49,247 nt of DNA from an uncultured Candidatus Saccharibacteria bacterium (GCA_964409535.1 CAYPDQ010000002.1:1-49247); one strand, 5' to 3'. Counted from the first letter of the stretch, positions 17,835 through 25,161 are shown. The notes: a model not told the origin generated them from the letters alone. Made by a program: numbers and translations.

Positions 17835-18596
17835 CTATTGCGCGCTGCTTGTAGCAGTCGGTTCGACTTCCGCCTCGTCTACCCGCGGAATCCGGGCCAA
17901 GGCCTGCGCCGCCGCCACAGCCGCTTGGCGTGCCGCTTGGACCTTGTCCTGCACCGCCTTGAGGTCGTTAACCAGCTGCTGCCGAACCGAACCGACGTCG
18001 GTCTTCAGGTTGGCCTCTGTGGTAACGGTTATAGAATAGGTCTTGCCTGCCTGGGCGGCGATCGCGTCGCGGGCGGCGGCAACGGCGGTTTTAACGTTCT
18101 CTATCGCTGTGCGGACCGCACTAACGTCCCGGCCGTTCGCTTCCGCCTTGTCGGTGCGAGAGACGATTTTTTCCAAGACACCTTCAATTTTTTCCAAGAC
18201 GTTGCCAAAGTGATCCAAGCGCTTCTGGTTCAGCTCCTGTACTTTGGTATCCAGCCGCTCTACGATCTGCTTCTTGCGCTCGTCTTTCACCACCTGCAGT
18301 TTTTGTTTCAACTCTTCTTTCTTCGTTTCCGCTTGCTGTTTCATCTCTTCCCGCTTGGCCTCCACATTCGCCTTGAATTCTTCCCGTCTGGTCTCAATTT
18401 GCTGTTTCACTTCCGCGCGCTTCGCCTCAAGCTCTTGCTTTACATTCTGACGCACGTCTTTGACTTCCTGCCGGACCGGTGCCGGTTTGACAACATTCGG
18501 CCGAAGAGGAGCGTTTGCCTCCTGGGCCAACGCCGGCGCGACCAAAACTACGAAAATCGCAAAAGCGACTGCATTTTTAACGATGTTTTTAGACAT
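17835..18596 (-). CDS. secreted coiled-coil protein with K/E-rich repeats
   Basis: Signal peptide (AVAFAIFVVLVAPALAQE), then repeated EAKRAEVKQQ / EAKREEMKQQ / ETKKEELKQK units. The likely start is the ATG at 18596, not the track start at 18614. Confidence 0.55.
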   Translation of the reverse strand: MSKNIVKNAVAFAIFVVLVAPALAQEANAPLRPNVVKPAPVRQEVKDVRQNVKQELEAKRAEVKQQIETRREEFKANVEAKREEMKQQAETKKEELKQKLQVVKDERKKQIVERLDTKVQELNQKRLDHFGNVLEKIEGVLEKIVSRTDKAEANGRDVSAVRTAIENVKTAVAAARDAIAAQAGKTYSITVTTEANLKTDVGSVRQQLVNDLKAVQDKVQAARQAAVAAAQALARIPRVDEAEVEPTATSSAQ

Positions 18597-18626
18597 AAGG
18601 CAATTATACCACACCTATAGTGCTAT

Positions 18627-19043
18627 CTACTGCCTGGCTGGGGATAACTCAAAAACCTTCTCCGTTGTCTTATCTTTCGTTATTTCAACCAGGGCACGGG
18701 ACGGCTGGCTGTATTCTTCCGGGAAAAAGTAGCTGTTCCAGAAAACATCGTAACCCCCGACTGGCACCCTTTCAAAGAGGGCCACGCCCTCGCTGTTCGT
18801 CCTCGCAAAAGCCATTGGCCCCTCCGGCCCTCTTTTACCTATGGTTCCAAGATCAACCTCTACGTCCGGCAAGGGCGCTCTCCCCTGTCCCAAAACCGTG
18901 ACCTTGAGCGTGCCGTAGTCCGTCACGTCCGGCTTCAGCATCTCCGGCGATACCGGACCGGAGCCGCCGAAAAACCTGTAGGCGAAGAATCCCCCGCCTA
19001 AGAGAACCGCTGCCACCACGAACCCCAAAATGAACTTCTTCAT
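18627..19043 (-). CDS. membrane-anchored protein with carboxypeptidase-regulatory-like beta-sandwich
   Basis: TM anchor, then LKVTVLGQGRAPLPDVEVDL...TNSEGVALFERVPVGGYDV, a CarboxypepD_reg-like pattern. Confidence 0.45.
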   Translation of the reverse strand: MKKFILGFVVAAVLLGGGFFAYRFFGGSGPVSPEMLKPDVTDYGTLKVTVLGQGRAPLPDVEVDLGTIGKRGPEGPMAFARTNSEGVALFERVPVGGYDVFWNSYFFPEEYSQPSRALVEITKDKTTEKVFELSPARQ

Positions 19044-19046
19044 AAA

Positions 19047-19814
19047 CTAATCCTGACTCCCTGGCGCTTCTATAGGAACCGGCGCCGCTTGCGGAGCAGG
19101 TTCCGCGCCGCGGTTCTCGCCCTCGCCCGGCGGCTGCAGAGGGTTCAGATCTCTTAGCCCCTGGCCGGGCAAAAGCGGGTTCAGGCCCCGCGGCTCCGCT
19201 TCTCCTGGTTCTTCCTCTGGAGAGGACTCTTGCTCCACCCGTTCCGCGCGTTCCATTTGCTGCGTCCTTGCTTCTTCCTGAACGCGCTCCACCTCATCCC
19301 GGTATTCCTCCGCCGCTTCCGCGCCTTCCATTCTCTCAATTACCCCCGCAATATTTTCAGCAGATTTGTCCTGTGCATTTACGATCGCGTCCCGCGCCTG
19401 TTCCGGAACCTTCTCTTCCAGTGCGGCAAGTATTTCCTGGTGTTTCAAGGTATTGGTCGTGAGCGCCGTAAGCGCGTTTTTTACCGCTTCCGAGTCCTTA
19501 TTTTCCTCCGCGAGCGAGACGGCGTCATTCATTCTCGCTTCGTAGCGCTCTACTGCGTCTTTGACCCTGTCCGGGTCCTTCTCCGCGAGCGCCTCCGCCT
19601 CCGCCAAGCGCCTCTCGGCGATGTCCTCAAGCTTCTGCACCTTGGCTGCTTTGTTAAAAGTGAAGAACAAACCGATTCGTTCTCCCGCGATCTTTAGGAA
19701 GTAAAATGGCGAACCGGGCAAGACCCTGACATCGCTCGGCGTCTCCGCCGCGGCGGCGAAGTGAAACGCGGCGAACACTGCGACCAAAAGCAAAACAACG
19801 GTTAATTTTTTCAT
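19047..19814 (-). CDS. DUF5667-like secreted protein
   Basis: Signal peptide, then LPGSPFYFLKIAGERIGLFFTFN...AERRLAEAEAL, typical of DUF5667. Acidic, low-complexity C-terminus. Confidence 0.6.
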   Translation of the reverse strand: MKKLTVVLLLVAVFAAFHFAAAAETPSDVRVLPGSPFYFLKIAGERIGLFFTFNKAAKVQKLEDIAERRLAEAEALAEKDPDRVKDAVERYEARMNDAVSLAEENKDSEAVKNALTALTTNTLKHQEILAALEEKVPEQARDAIVNAQDKSAENIAGVIERMEGAEAAEEYRDEVERVQEEARTQQMERAERVEQESSPEEEPGEAEPRGLNPLLPGQGLRDLNPLQPPGEGENRGAEPAPQAAPVPIEAPGSQD

Positions 19815-19820
19815 GGTCCA

Positions 19821-19826
19821 ATTATA
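19821..19826 (-). promoter_or_regulatory. -10 box TATAAT, 6 nt upstream of the 19814 start
   Basis: The minus strand reads ggTATAATtggaccATG. A 15-bp palindrome TAATCCC-a-GGGATTA at 19830-19844 abuts it. Confidence 0.55.
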
Positions 19827-19871
19827 CCATAATCCCAGGGATTACGGTTCTAGGGACGCGGGCGGGGGTAC

Positions 19872-20177
19872 TTACCGCCTGCGGCGGGCGCGGGCTCTCC
19901 GGGCGCGGCGTATCTTCTCGTACTTCAGCCAGGCCTTGGCCGCTTTCGGCTCAACCTTGCGCAACGCGGCAAGGGACTTAGCCCGTAAAACCGAGGTTCT
20001 AACCGTCTTGCGGCCCCGCGCGAACTTCAAGACCGGCGCAGATACCTTGTTGACGACTGTCTTCGTCCGCTTCGCCGGAAGGTGGATATCCTTGCAAGCG
20101 CCTCGGATGGCCGATTTCACCTTTGCCGCGCTGAACTTCTCGCGCTTCCCGCCCCGCTTTATGACTTCTTTAGCCAT
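19872..20177 (-). CDS. ATP-cone domain protein with Arg-rich tail
   Basis: VIKRGGKREKFSAAKVKSAIRGA fits the ATP-cone N-terminal pattern. 101 aa; the tail is RRARRARARRRR. Confidence 0.6.
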   Translation of the reverse strand: MAKEVIKRGGKREKFSAAKVKSAIRGACKDIHLPAKRTKTVVNKVSAPVLKFARGRKTVRTSVLRAKSLAALRKVEPKAAKAWLKYEKIRRARRARARRRR

Positions 20178-20230
20178 TATTCATAAATTGGCTAACCCGA
20201 CCTTTGGTTCTATTCTACCACTTTCAGATT

Positions 20231-20974
20231 TCAGATGTGACAAACACCGCCGCCGTGCTTGGCGAAGTACTTTTGATGATATTCCTCCGCGCGGTAGAAC
20301 AGCCCGGCCGGGACGATTTCCGTAACGATCTTGCCCGGAAAGCGGCCGGATTTCTCCAGTTCCGTCTTGTATTTCTCGGCTTCTTCTTTTTCCTCCGGCG
20401 CAGCGTAGAAGATCGCGGAGCGGTACTGACTGCCTGACCCCACTTCCGCACTATCTCCGCGACCGCGTTCCTGCCGGTTTTGGCTCCCCGCAAGGCGCGC
20501 CGAGGAGACAATACCCGGTTGGGTAGGCTCCGAGGCGGAACGCGGCGGGGGGACAAAACCGGCGGAACCCGGAGGGATATGGCCAAATTCCGCATCAGCT
20601 GCGTCGCTCCTCCTCGGAGTACGGTCAAGTACGCCTTCGTCGTCGCTCCTTGCTGCTGCAGAATTTGGCTCATATCGCGGCCGGAGGATAGTGCGGAAGT
20701 GGGGTCTATCCGGCCCCTGGCGGTTAGGCGTGGTCGGGTCGTGGTTGTCAAAGAAAACTTTAAGTAATTCGTTATAAGTTATCTGTTCGGGATCGTATGT
20801 AACCTTGACCGCCTCCGCATGCCCGGTCTTGTCGGAGCAAACTTGTTCATAGGTCGGGTTCTCTGTGTGTCCGCCGGTGTAGCCGACTTCCGTCTCTTTC
20901 ACGCCTTTAACCTTGCTGAAAATCTCCTCCACGCCCCAGAAACACCCAGCGGCAAAAATTGCGGCCTCAAGCAC
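20231..20974 (-). CDS. msrA: peptide-methionine (S)-S-oxide reductase MsrA carrying an 89-codon in-frame insertion
   Basis: GCFWGVE active site, HAEAVKVTYDP, HDPTTPNRQGPD ... (insert) ... GSQYRSAIFY, and EYHQKYF. Confidence 0.85.
   Translation of the reverse strand: MLEAAIFAAGCFWGVEEIFSKVKGVKETEVGYTGGHTENPTYEQVCSDKTGHAEAVKVTYDPEQITYNELLKVFFDNHDPTTPNRQGPDRPHFRTILRPRYEPNSAAARSDDEGVLDRTPRRSDAADAEFGHIPPGSAGFVPPPRSASEPTQPGIVSSARLAGSQNRQERGRGDSAEVGSGSQYRSAIFYAAPEEKEEAEKYKTELEKSGRFPGKIVTEIVPAGLFYRAEEYHQKYFAKHGGGVCHI
20438..20704 (-). mobile_element. 267-nt insertion bounded by terminal inverted repeats (MITE/RPE-like or structured-RNA element) inside msrA
   Basis: The left end ccccacttccgcactatc (20438-20455) is the exact reverse complement of the right end gatagtgcggaagtgggg (20687-20704). 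Pairing extends imperfectly to about 29 nt. An internal stem pairs ccggttttg (20474-20482) with caaaaccgg (20554-20562). The length is a multiple of 3 and the frame is open. Confidence 0.6.
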
Positions 20975-21089
20975 GATGCGCGATTTTCTTCTCCAAGTGC
21001 GCTACCCTCTTTTCCAGAACAACAAACTCGTCCCGGCTGACTTTCTCAATGCTCTTCTTGTTCCTTTTTATCTTCGTCCGTTTAGCCAT
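20967..21089 (-). CDS. 40-aa basic coiled-coil peptide upstream of msrA
   Basis: MAKRTKIKRNKKSIEKVSRDEFVVLEKRVAHLEKKIAHRA. Its promoter is TTGACT (21127-21122), an 18-nt spacer, then TAGAAT (21103-21098), 8 nt before the ATG. Its 3' end overlaps the msrA start by 8 nt. Confidence 0.4.
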   Translation of the reverse strand: MAKRTKIKRNKKSIEKVSRDEFVVLEKRVAHLEKKIAHRA

Positions 21090-21171
21090 TGTTTGTAATT
21101 CTATCTCTGCAACAAGCCGCAAGTCAACGATATGGAAAAAATACCTCAAATATCGTAAAATGTTAGCGACT

Positions 21172-21242
21172 TGGGGGGTCGTCTAACGGTAGGACACCAG
21201 CCTTTGAAGCTGGGCATGAAGGTCCGACTCCTTCCCCCCCAG
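21172..21242 (+). tRNA. tRNA-Gln (anticodon TTG)
   Basis: Manual cloverleaf: acceptor TGGGGGG/CCCCCCA with U1-A72, D stem GTCT/GGAC, anticodon stem CCAGC/GCTGG with loop CTTTGAA, 4-nt variable loop, T stem GAAGG/CCTTC, discriminator G. CCA is not encoded. Confidence 0.85.
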
Positions 21243-21287
21243 CTAACCTCTGGCTCGCGCGATTTGGACCGTTAAATCAATTTTTGC

Positions 21288-21293
21288 TAAAAT
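21288..21293 (+). promoter_or_regulatory. -10 box (TGcTAAAAT), 6 nt upstream of the cupin start
   Basis: tttgcTAAAATattcctATG. Confidence 0.55.
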
Positions 21294-21299
21294 ATTCCT

Positions 21300-21692
21300 A
21301 TGAAAGGTTATGCAGCCAATATCGAAAAGCTCTCGCTGGAGAACGACAATTTCCGAAAGGTTCTTTATACCGATAAAAACAGCCAGCTTGTCCTTATGTC
21401 TCTTCTTCCGGGCGAAGAGATCGGCGAAGAGGTGCACGATGTTGATCAGTTTTTGCGCGTGGAGAAAGGCGCGGGCAAGGCCGTAGTAAGCGGCATCCCG
21501 CATGATATTGCCGACGGAAGCGCCGTCGTAGTGCCTGCCGGCACCAAACACAATATCGTGAATACCGGAACCGAATCTATGAAGCTCTACACGCTTTATA
21601 TGCCGCCGCATCACCGGGATCAAGTGGTGCACAAGACCAAAGCCGAAGCGGAGACGGATACCGAGCACTTTGACGGCGGCACCACCGAATAA
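21300..21692 (+). CDS. cupin domain protein
   Basis: 130 aa. GEEIGEEVHDVDQFLRVEKG...VVVPAGTKHNIVN fits the two-motif cupin pattern. Confidence 0.8.
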   Translation: MKGYAANIEKLSLENDNFRKVLYTDKNSQLVLMSLLPGEEIGEEVHDVDQFLRVEKGAGKAVVSGIPHDIADGSAVVVPAGTKHNIVNTGTESMKLYTLYMPPHHRDQVVHKTKAEAETDTEHFDGGTTE

Positions 21693-21816
21693 TCCCGTTA
21701 GATCCTGGCCGATATACCGATCCAGAGACGCCGGTTCTAAACCGCGTCGCACGGCAAGGTGCGGGAGAGCCGCGTCAGTCCAAGTTTGAATCCTGGTTCC
21801 CCAACAAAGACGTACT

Positions 21817-22557
21817 ATGAAACTTATATCTCTAAACACGTGGGGCGGACGTGCTGGTAAGGAAAAGATTCTTGATTTTTTCAGGAAGTACAAAGATACG
21901 GACGTTTTCTGCCTCCAAGAGGTATGGAACGGCGGACATGACCAGGCGGCTCAATGGGGCGACGTCGTACCATACCTTTTAAGCGACGTCAGCGAAATGT
22001 TGCGGGACCATGTTGCGTTTTTTAGACCTCATTGGCAGGATTGGTACGGCTTGGCAATCCTTATTTCAAGAAATCTTGGCGTTCGTGAAGAGGGAGATGT
22101 TTTCGTTTTTAGAAGAAGAGCGGATGTATTTGATGGAGAGGTAGTCAATCATGCCCGTAATATCCAATACGTGGAAATAGAAACAAAGAAAGGCCCACTG
22201 ACAGTGATAAATTTCCACGGACTTTGGAATGGTGGCGAGAAAACGGATACTGATGAGCGGCTTCTACAGTCAGATAATATCGTGAAATTCCTAAAACGGA
22301 TTCCACATTCCCATATCCTGTGTGGCGATTTTAACTTATTACCACAAACAAAAAGTTTAGGAAAACTGGAAAATCTTGGAATGAGAAATCTTGTCAAAGA
22401 GTTTGGTATTACTTCAACCAGATCAAGTTACTATGCAAAGCCGGAGCGCTTTGCGGATTATACTCTCGCAAGCAACGATATCAAAGTTAACGAATTTAAA
22501 ATATTGCCGGATGAGGTCTCCGACCACCTTGCTATGTATTTAAATTTCGAAAACTAA
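21817..22557 (+). CDS. endonuclease/exonuclease/phosphatase (EEP) family protein
   Basis: ISLNTWGG, DVFCLQEVW, VINFHGLW, CGDFNLLP, VSDHLAM. Confidence 0.85.
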   Translation: MKLISLNTWGGRAGKEKILDFFRKYKDTDVFCLQEVWNGGHDQAAQWGDVVPYLLSDVSEMLRDHVAFFRPHWQDWYGLAILISRNLGVREEGDVFVFRRRADVFDGEVVNHARNIQYVEIETKKGPLTVINFHGLWNGGEKTDTDERLLQSDNIVKFLKRIPHSHILCGDFNLLPQTKSLGKLENLGMRNLVKEFGITSTRSSYYAKPERFADYTLASNDIKVNEFKILPDEVSDHLAMYLNFEN

Positions 22558-22576
22558 TATCCCCTGCCCGGCAGCC

Positions 22577-23320
22577 ATGTATAAAGCATTAATTTTCGAT
22601 TTGGATGGAACGGCAATTCCGAATAAGCCGGATGGACTGCCATCCGATGAACTTGTGAAAGTAATCCGAAAATTAAAGAAAAATTTGAAGATTTGCGCGG
22701 CAACCGGCAGACCTCTATACAATTCCAAACCCATTCTTCGGAAGCTCGGTTTAACCGACCCCTGTATAATTTCGGGAGGGACACAGCTCGTAGATCCGAC
22801 AACCGAAAGGGTCTTATGGGAAAAGGACATGGATAAATCGCAGGTAGAAGAAATAATGGCGATTACATCGAAATATCCTTACCAAGTTTTTTTTAGCGAT
22901 GAAAAAACAAGTGCCCTGGGAAAAGACAAGAAAATCAAAGGTGCCGAGCGGATAATTTATATAATGTCAGTAGAAAAAATAGAAACAGAAATTATTTTAG
23001 AAAAGTTGGCTAAAATACCAAATATAACCGCTCACAAAGTAATTTCTTGGTCGCCAGGTTGTTTTGATATCCACATAACTCATTCAGAGGCAACAAAAGA
23101 ATATTCCCTGCATGTGCTTCTCGAAATATTGGGTGTTAACAAAAGTGAAGTCGTTGTAGCCGGAGATAGTAATAATGACCTTCCTCTTTTCGAAATAGCA
23201 AATTATAAAATAGCAATGGAAAATGGATCGGAAGAACTCAAGGCCAAAGCGGATTTTATTGCTCCAGATATCAACGAAGACGGGTTAACAATAGCACTCC
23301 GAAAGGTCTTTTCTATCTAG
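22577..23320 (+). CDS. Cof-type HAD-IIB phosphatase
   Basis: LIFDLDGTAI (motif I), ATGRP, GDSNNDLPLFE (motif IV). Confidence 0.85.
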   Translation: MYKALIFDLDGTAIPNKPDGLPSDELVKVIRKLKKNLKICAATGRPLYNSKPILRKLGLTDPCIISGGTQLVDPTTERVLWEKDMDKSQVEEIMAITSKYPYQVFFSDEKTSALGKDKKIKGAERIIYIMSVEKIETEIILEKLAKIPNITAHKVISWSPGCFDIHITHSEATKEYSLHVLLEILGVNKSEVVVAGDSNNDLPLFEIANYKIAMENGSEELKAKADFIAPDINEDGLTIALRKVFSI

Positions 23321-23455
23321 GTCGGTTCCAATAACGTCCCAGGCGACCGGCAAGCAAAACCAACTCGCTCTTGCGGCGAGGCAATTTTGTTTTATGCTGA
23401 TGGGAGTTTAGGCTGTGTTAGTTTTCAAAGGTTTTCCCCAGAGAAAAAGTTAAGA

Positions 23456-23461
23456 TATAAT
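23456..23461 (+). promoter_or_regulatory. -10 box TATAAT, 6 nt upstream of the ATG at 23468
   Basis: gaTATAATtttcgcATG. Confidence 0.55.
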
Positions 23462-23467
23462 TTTCGC

Positions 23468-24073
23468 ATGAGCGAAGTGGAAAAAATCTTTAATAACCAT
23501 AAAGAAGAATTGAGACAAGTTGTAGAAATTATCACCGTTTTCAATAGAATAGAAAACATCGTGGTTATATTCGTAAGTAGCGCGTTTGCTTCTGTTTACG
23601 ACGGGCAGGAACGGATAATCTTGATGAATGACGTACTAAACGATGTCAATATTTTTGAAACCTTCAATCAAAAATTAAATTTTCTGGAAAAAACAATTTC
23701 AAGGGTAGCAATGATTGCGAAACGGGCTAAAGAAGCGTTCGACGAAAAGAAATACCTCAATGTTTGTAAGTCCATTAGAGATATCCAGAGGTATCGTAAC
23801 AAAATTGCTCATATGTCATTAATGTTTTCCCCCGAGGGAAAGGCTGTTATTTTCAAACGGAAAAAGGACAAGGAATTATTGGTAACCAAGGGTGGTAGCT
23901 TTAACAGGGAAGAACTCGATTTGAATAACGTTACAGAAAAGGTCTGGGCAGTTTATAAAACGGCGGAGGAGGTTTTACTTAAGGAGGGTATTAAAGATAT
24001 CATAAACATTCTACTGAAGGAAGAGTTAGTAAATTTTTACCGGACAAGCTCGGTGAAGAAAACTTACAAATAG
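23468..24073 (+). CDS. HEPN-motif protein (Abi-like putative RNase/toxin)
   Basis: AT-rich orphan. IRDIQRYRNKIAHMS contains the Rx4H HEPN motif in its common RN..AH form, preceded by the helical FNQKLNFLEKTI. Start placed at the internal ATG because of the -10 box; the track start is TTG at 23387. Confidence 0.5.
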   Translation: MSEVEKIFNNHKEELRQVVEIITVFNRIENIVVIFVSSAFASVYDGQERIILMNDVLNDVNIFETFNQKLNFLEKTISRVAMIAKRAKEAFDEKKYLNVCKSIRDIQRYRNKIAHMSLMFSPEGKAVIFKRKKDKELLVTKGGSFNREELDLNNVTEKVWAVYKTAEEVLLKEGIKDIINILLKEELVNFYRTSSVKKTYK

Positions 24074-24084
24074 TAAAAAATAAC

Positions 24085-24177
24085 GTGATCGGTCAACAAA
24101 CTAAAACCCTCTGCACTCTATACCTCGTCCGGCACGGGGAAACGGAAAAGAATAAGGGCACCTTCTCCTCCAGATAA
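24085..24177 (+). pseudogene. N-terminal remnant of a histidine phosphatase (PGAM-like) gene
   Basis: A 30-codon frame reads (V)IGQQTKTLCTLYLVRHGETEKNKGTFSSR*. LVRHGETE is the catalytic RHG motif block (compare MRLILTRHGETHEN of the intact gene at 25282). The frame ends where the high-GC aldolase segment begins. Confidence 0.45.
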
Positions 24178-24184
24178 GGTGCCC
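24156..24184 (-). terminator. hairpin downstream of the extended aldolase frame
   Basis: gggcacctt (24156-24164) pairs with aaggtgccc (24176-24184): a 9-bp stem with an 11-nt loop. On the minus strand it is followed by ttattctttt. Confidence 0.45.
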
Positions 24185-24204
24185 CTCGAACGATTACCAA
24201 ACTG

Positions 24205-25161
24205 TCACGCGCGACTGCCTCTCAACCCCAGACGTCGGTAGGCAGTTAGTAGCCCCTCGCGACGAAGGAAGTCCTTGACGTACTCCAACGGCAGTCCTCT
24301 CCCGCCGTAACGGAGAATTTCGAGTGTTGCGTCTGCCGCCTGCTCCGCTTACGCAAGAAGAGCATACGCTCTCTCTATCCTGAAACTCCTCGCAACGAAG
24401 CCGTGATTCATCCACAGTACCGCCTGATGCTTGAGGAGTGGATTGATACTCGCGCTCACGAGGGCTTCGGACCCGGAAGGTCTGTAGGGCACAATCCCAA
24501 CCAGGCTGGGGACGTTGCGATTTAGTCCTTCAACTTGAGTGTAAATCGCCGCATTGAACGACTTGAAGTTCCCGTTTATCCGCGGATGGACAGCAAGGAG
24601 ATTCAAGCAACGCAGGTGAGCGTGAACCACAGCTGGCGTCCCGACTCCCTCCTTGATTCCGATGCCGCACGCCAGCATGTGAACGTGCGTCTCGATGGAC
24701 GGAATCGTGCCGAACTCGCGGTTGCCATATAGAACCCTGATTGCTCTGCCGCCTTTCCCGATCTCGACGAGGTTCAAGAATCGCCCGTCCTCGCCTTGCC
24801 GCAGGGTTTCAAGTATCGCCGAGAGTTGCGAACCCGTACACGTGATGAGTATAACTCTGCCGCTAAGCGGTTTCGCGAGCTCATAGAACCGCGTGTCGGC
24901 AATACCCTCGCTGCGATATCCCGTTCGCCCGTCTTTCCTGATCGCAGACAGTTCCTGGATTGACTTGAAATTGAACCATCTGCTTGCACGGCGACGAAAT
25001 CGTCTCGCCAGAACTCCGGAGGTCTGCTCCGAAAAGACCTGGCTTACGTCTCCGCCTGCCGCTGGATGGACTTGTTGGTACCGATTGGCGAAGAACGCCA
25101 GATCTTTGACGGCGGTATCCAGTTCTTTGTGGATACCCAGCAAACTCGGAGTGTCTGTCAT
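24205..25161 (-). pseudogene. class II aldolase (rhamnulose-1-phosphate aldolase-like) interrupted by an in-frame TAA at 24349-24351
   Basis: GGDVS, ILITCTGSQ, SIETHVHML, AVVHAHLRCLNLLAV and VLWMNHGFV parallel the RhaD motifs. After the TAA the same frame continues AEQAADATLEILRYGGRGLPLEYVKDF... for 47 codons to a TGA at 24205-24207. Confidence 0.6.

Noticed and set aside
20438-20704. Intein, group I intron or group II intron as the explanation for the msrA insert.
   Set aside because: 89 codons is too short for an intein, and there is no N-terminal Cys/Ser/Thr or C-terminal His-Asn junction. The element is far too short for a group II intron. I saw no recognisable group I core, and a hammerhead-like CUGAUGA core is absent (only CTGATG-C is present). 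RNA-level excision by another route remains untested.
21727-21748. Hairpin with loop TTCTAAA that could be read as a CUA (amber-suppressor or Pyl-like) anticodon loop.
   Set aside because: No acceptor or D arm could be built. The distance to the T-arm-like element (about 33 nt) is too long even for class II tRNAs. The only in-frame stop noticed (in the aldolase) is TAA, not TAG.
21243-21893. 216-aa minus-strand ORF spanning the cupin gene and abutting the tRNA-Gln gene.
   Set aside because: It overlaps a well-supported cupin CDS on the other strand and has no motifs. I treated it as spurious.
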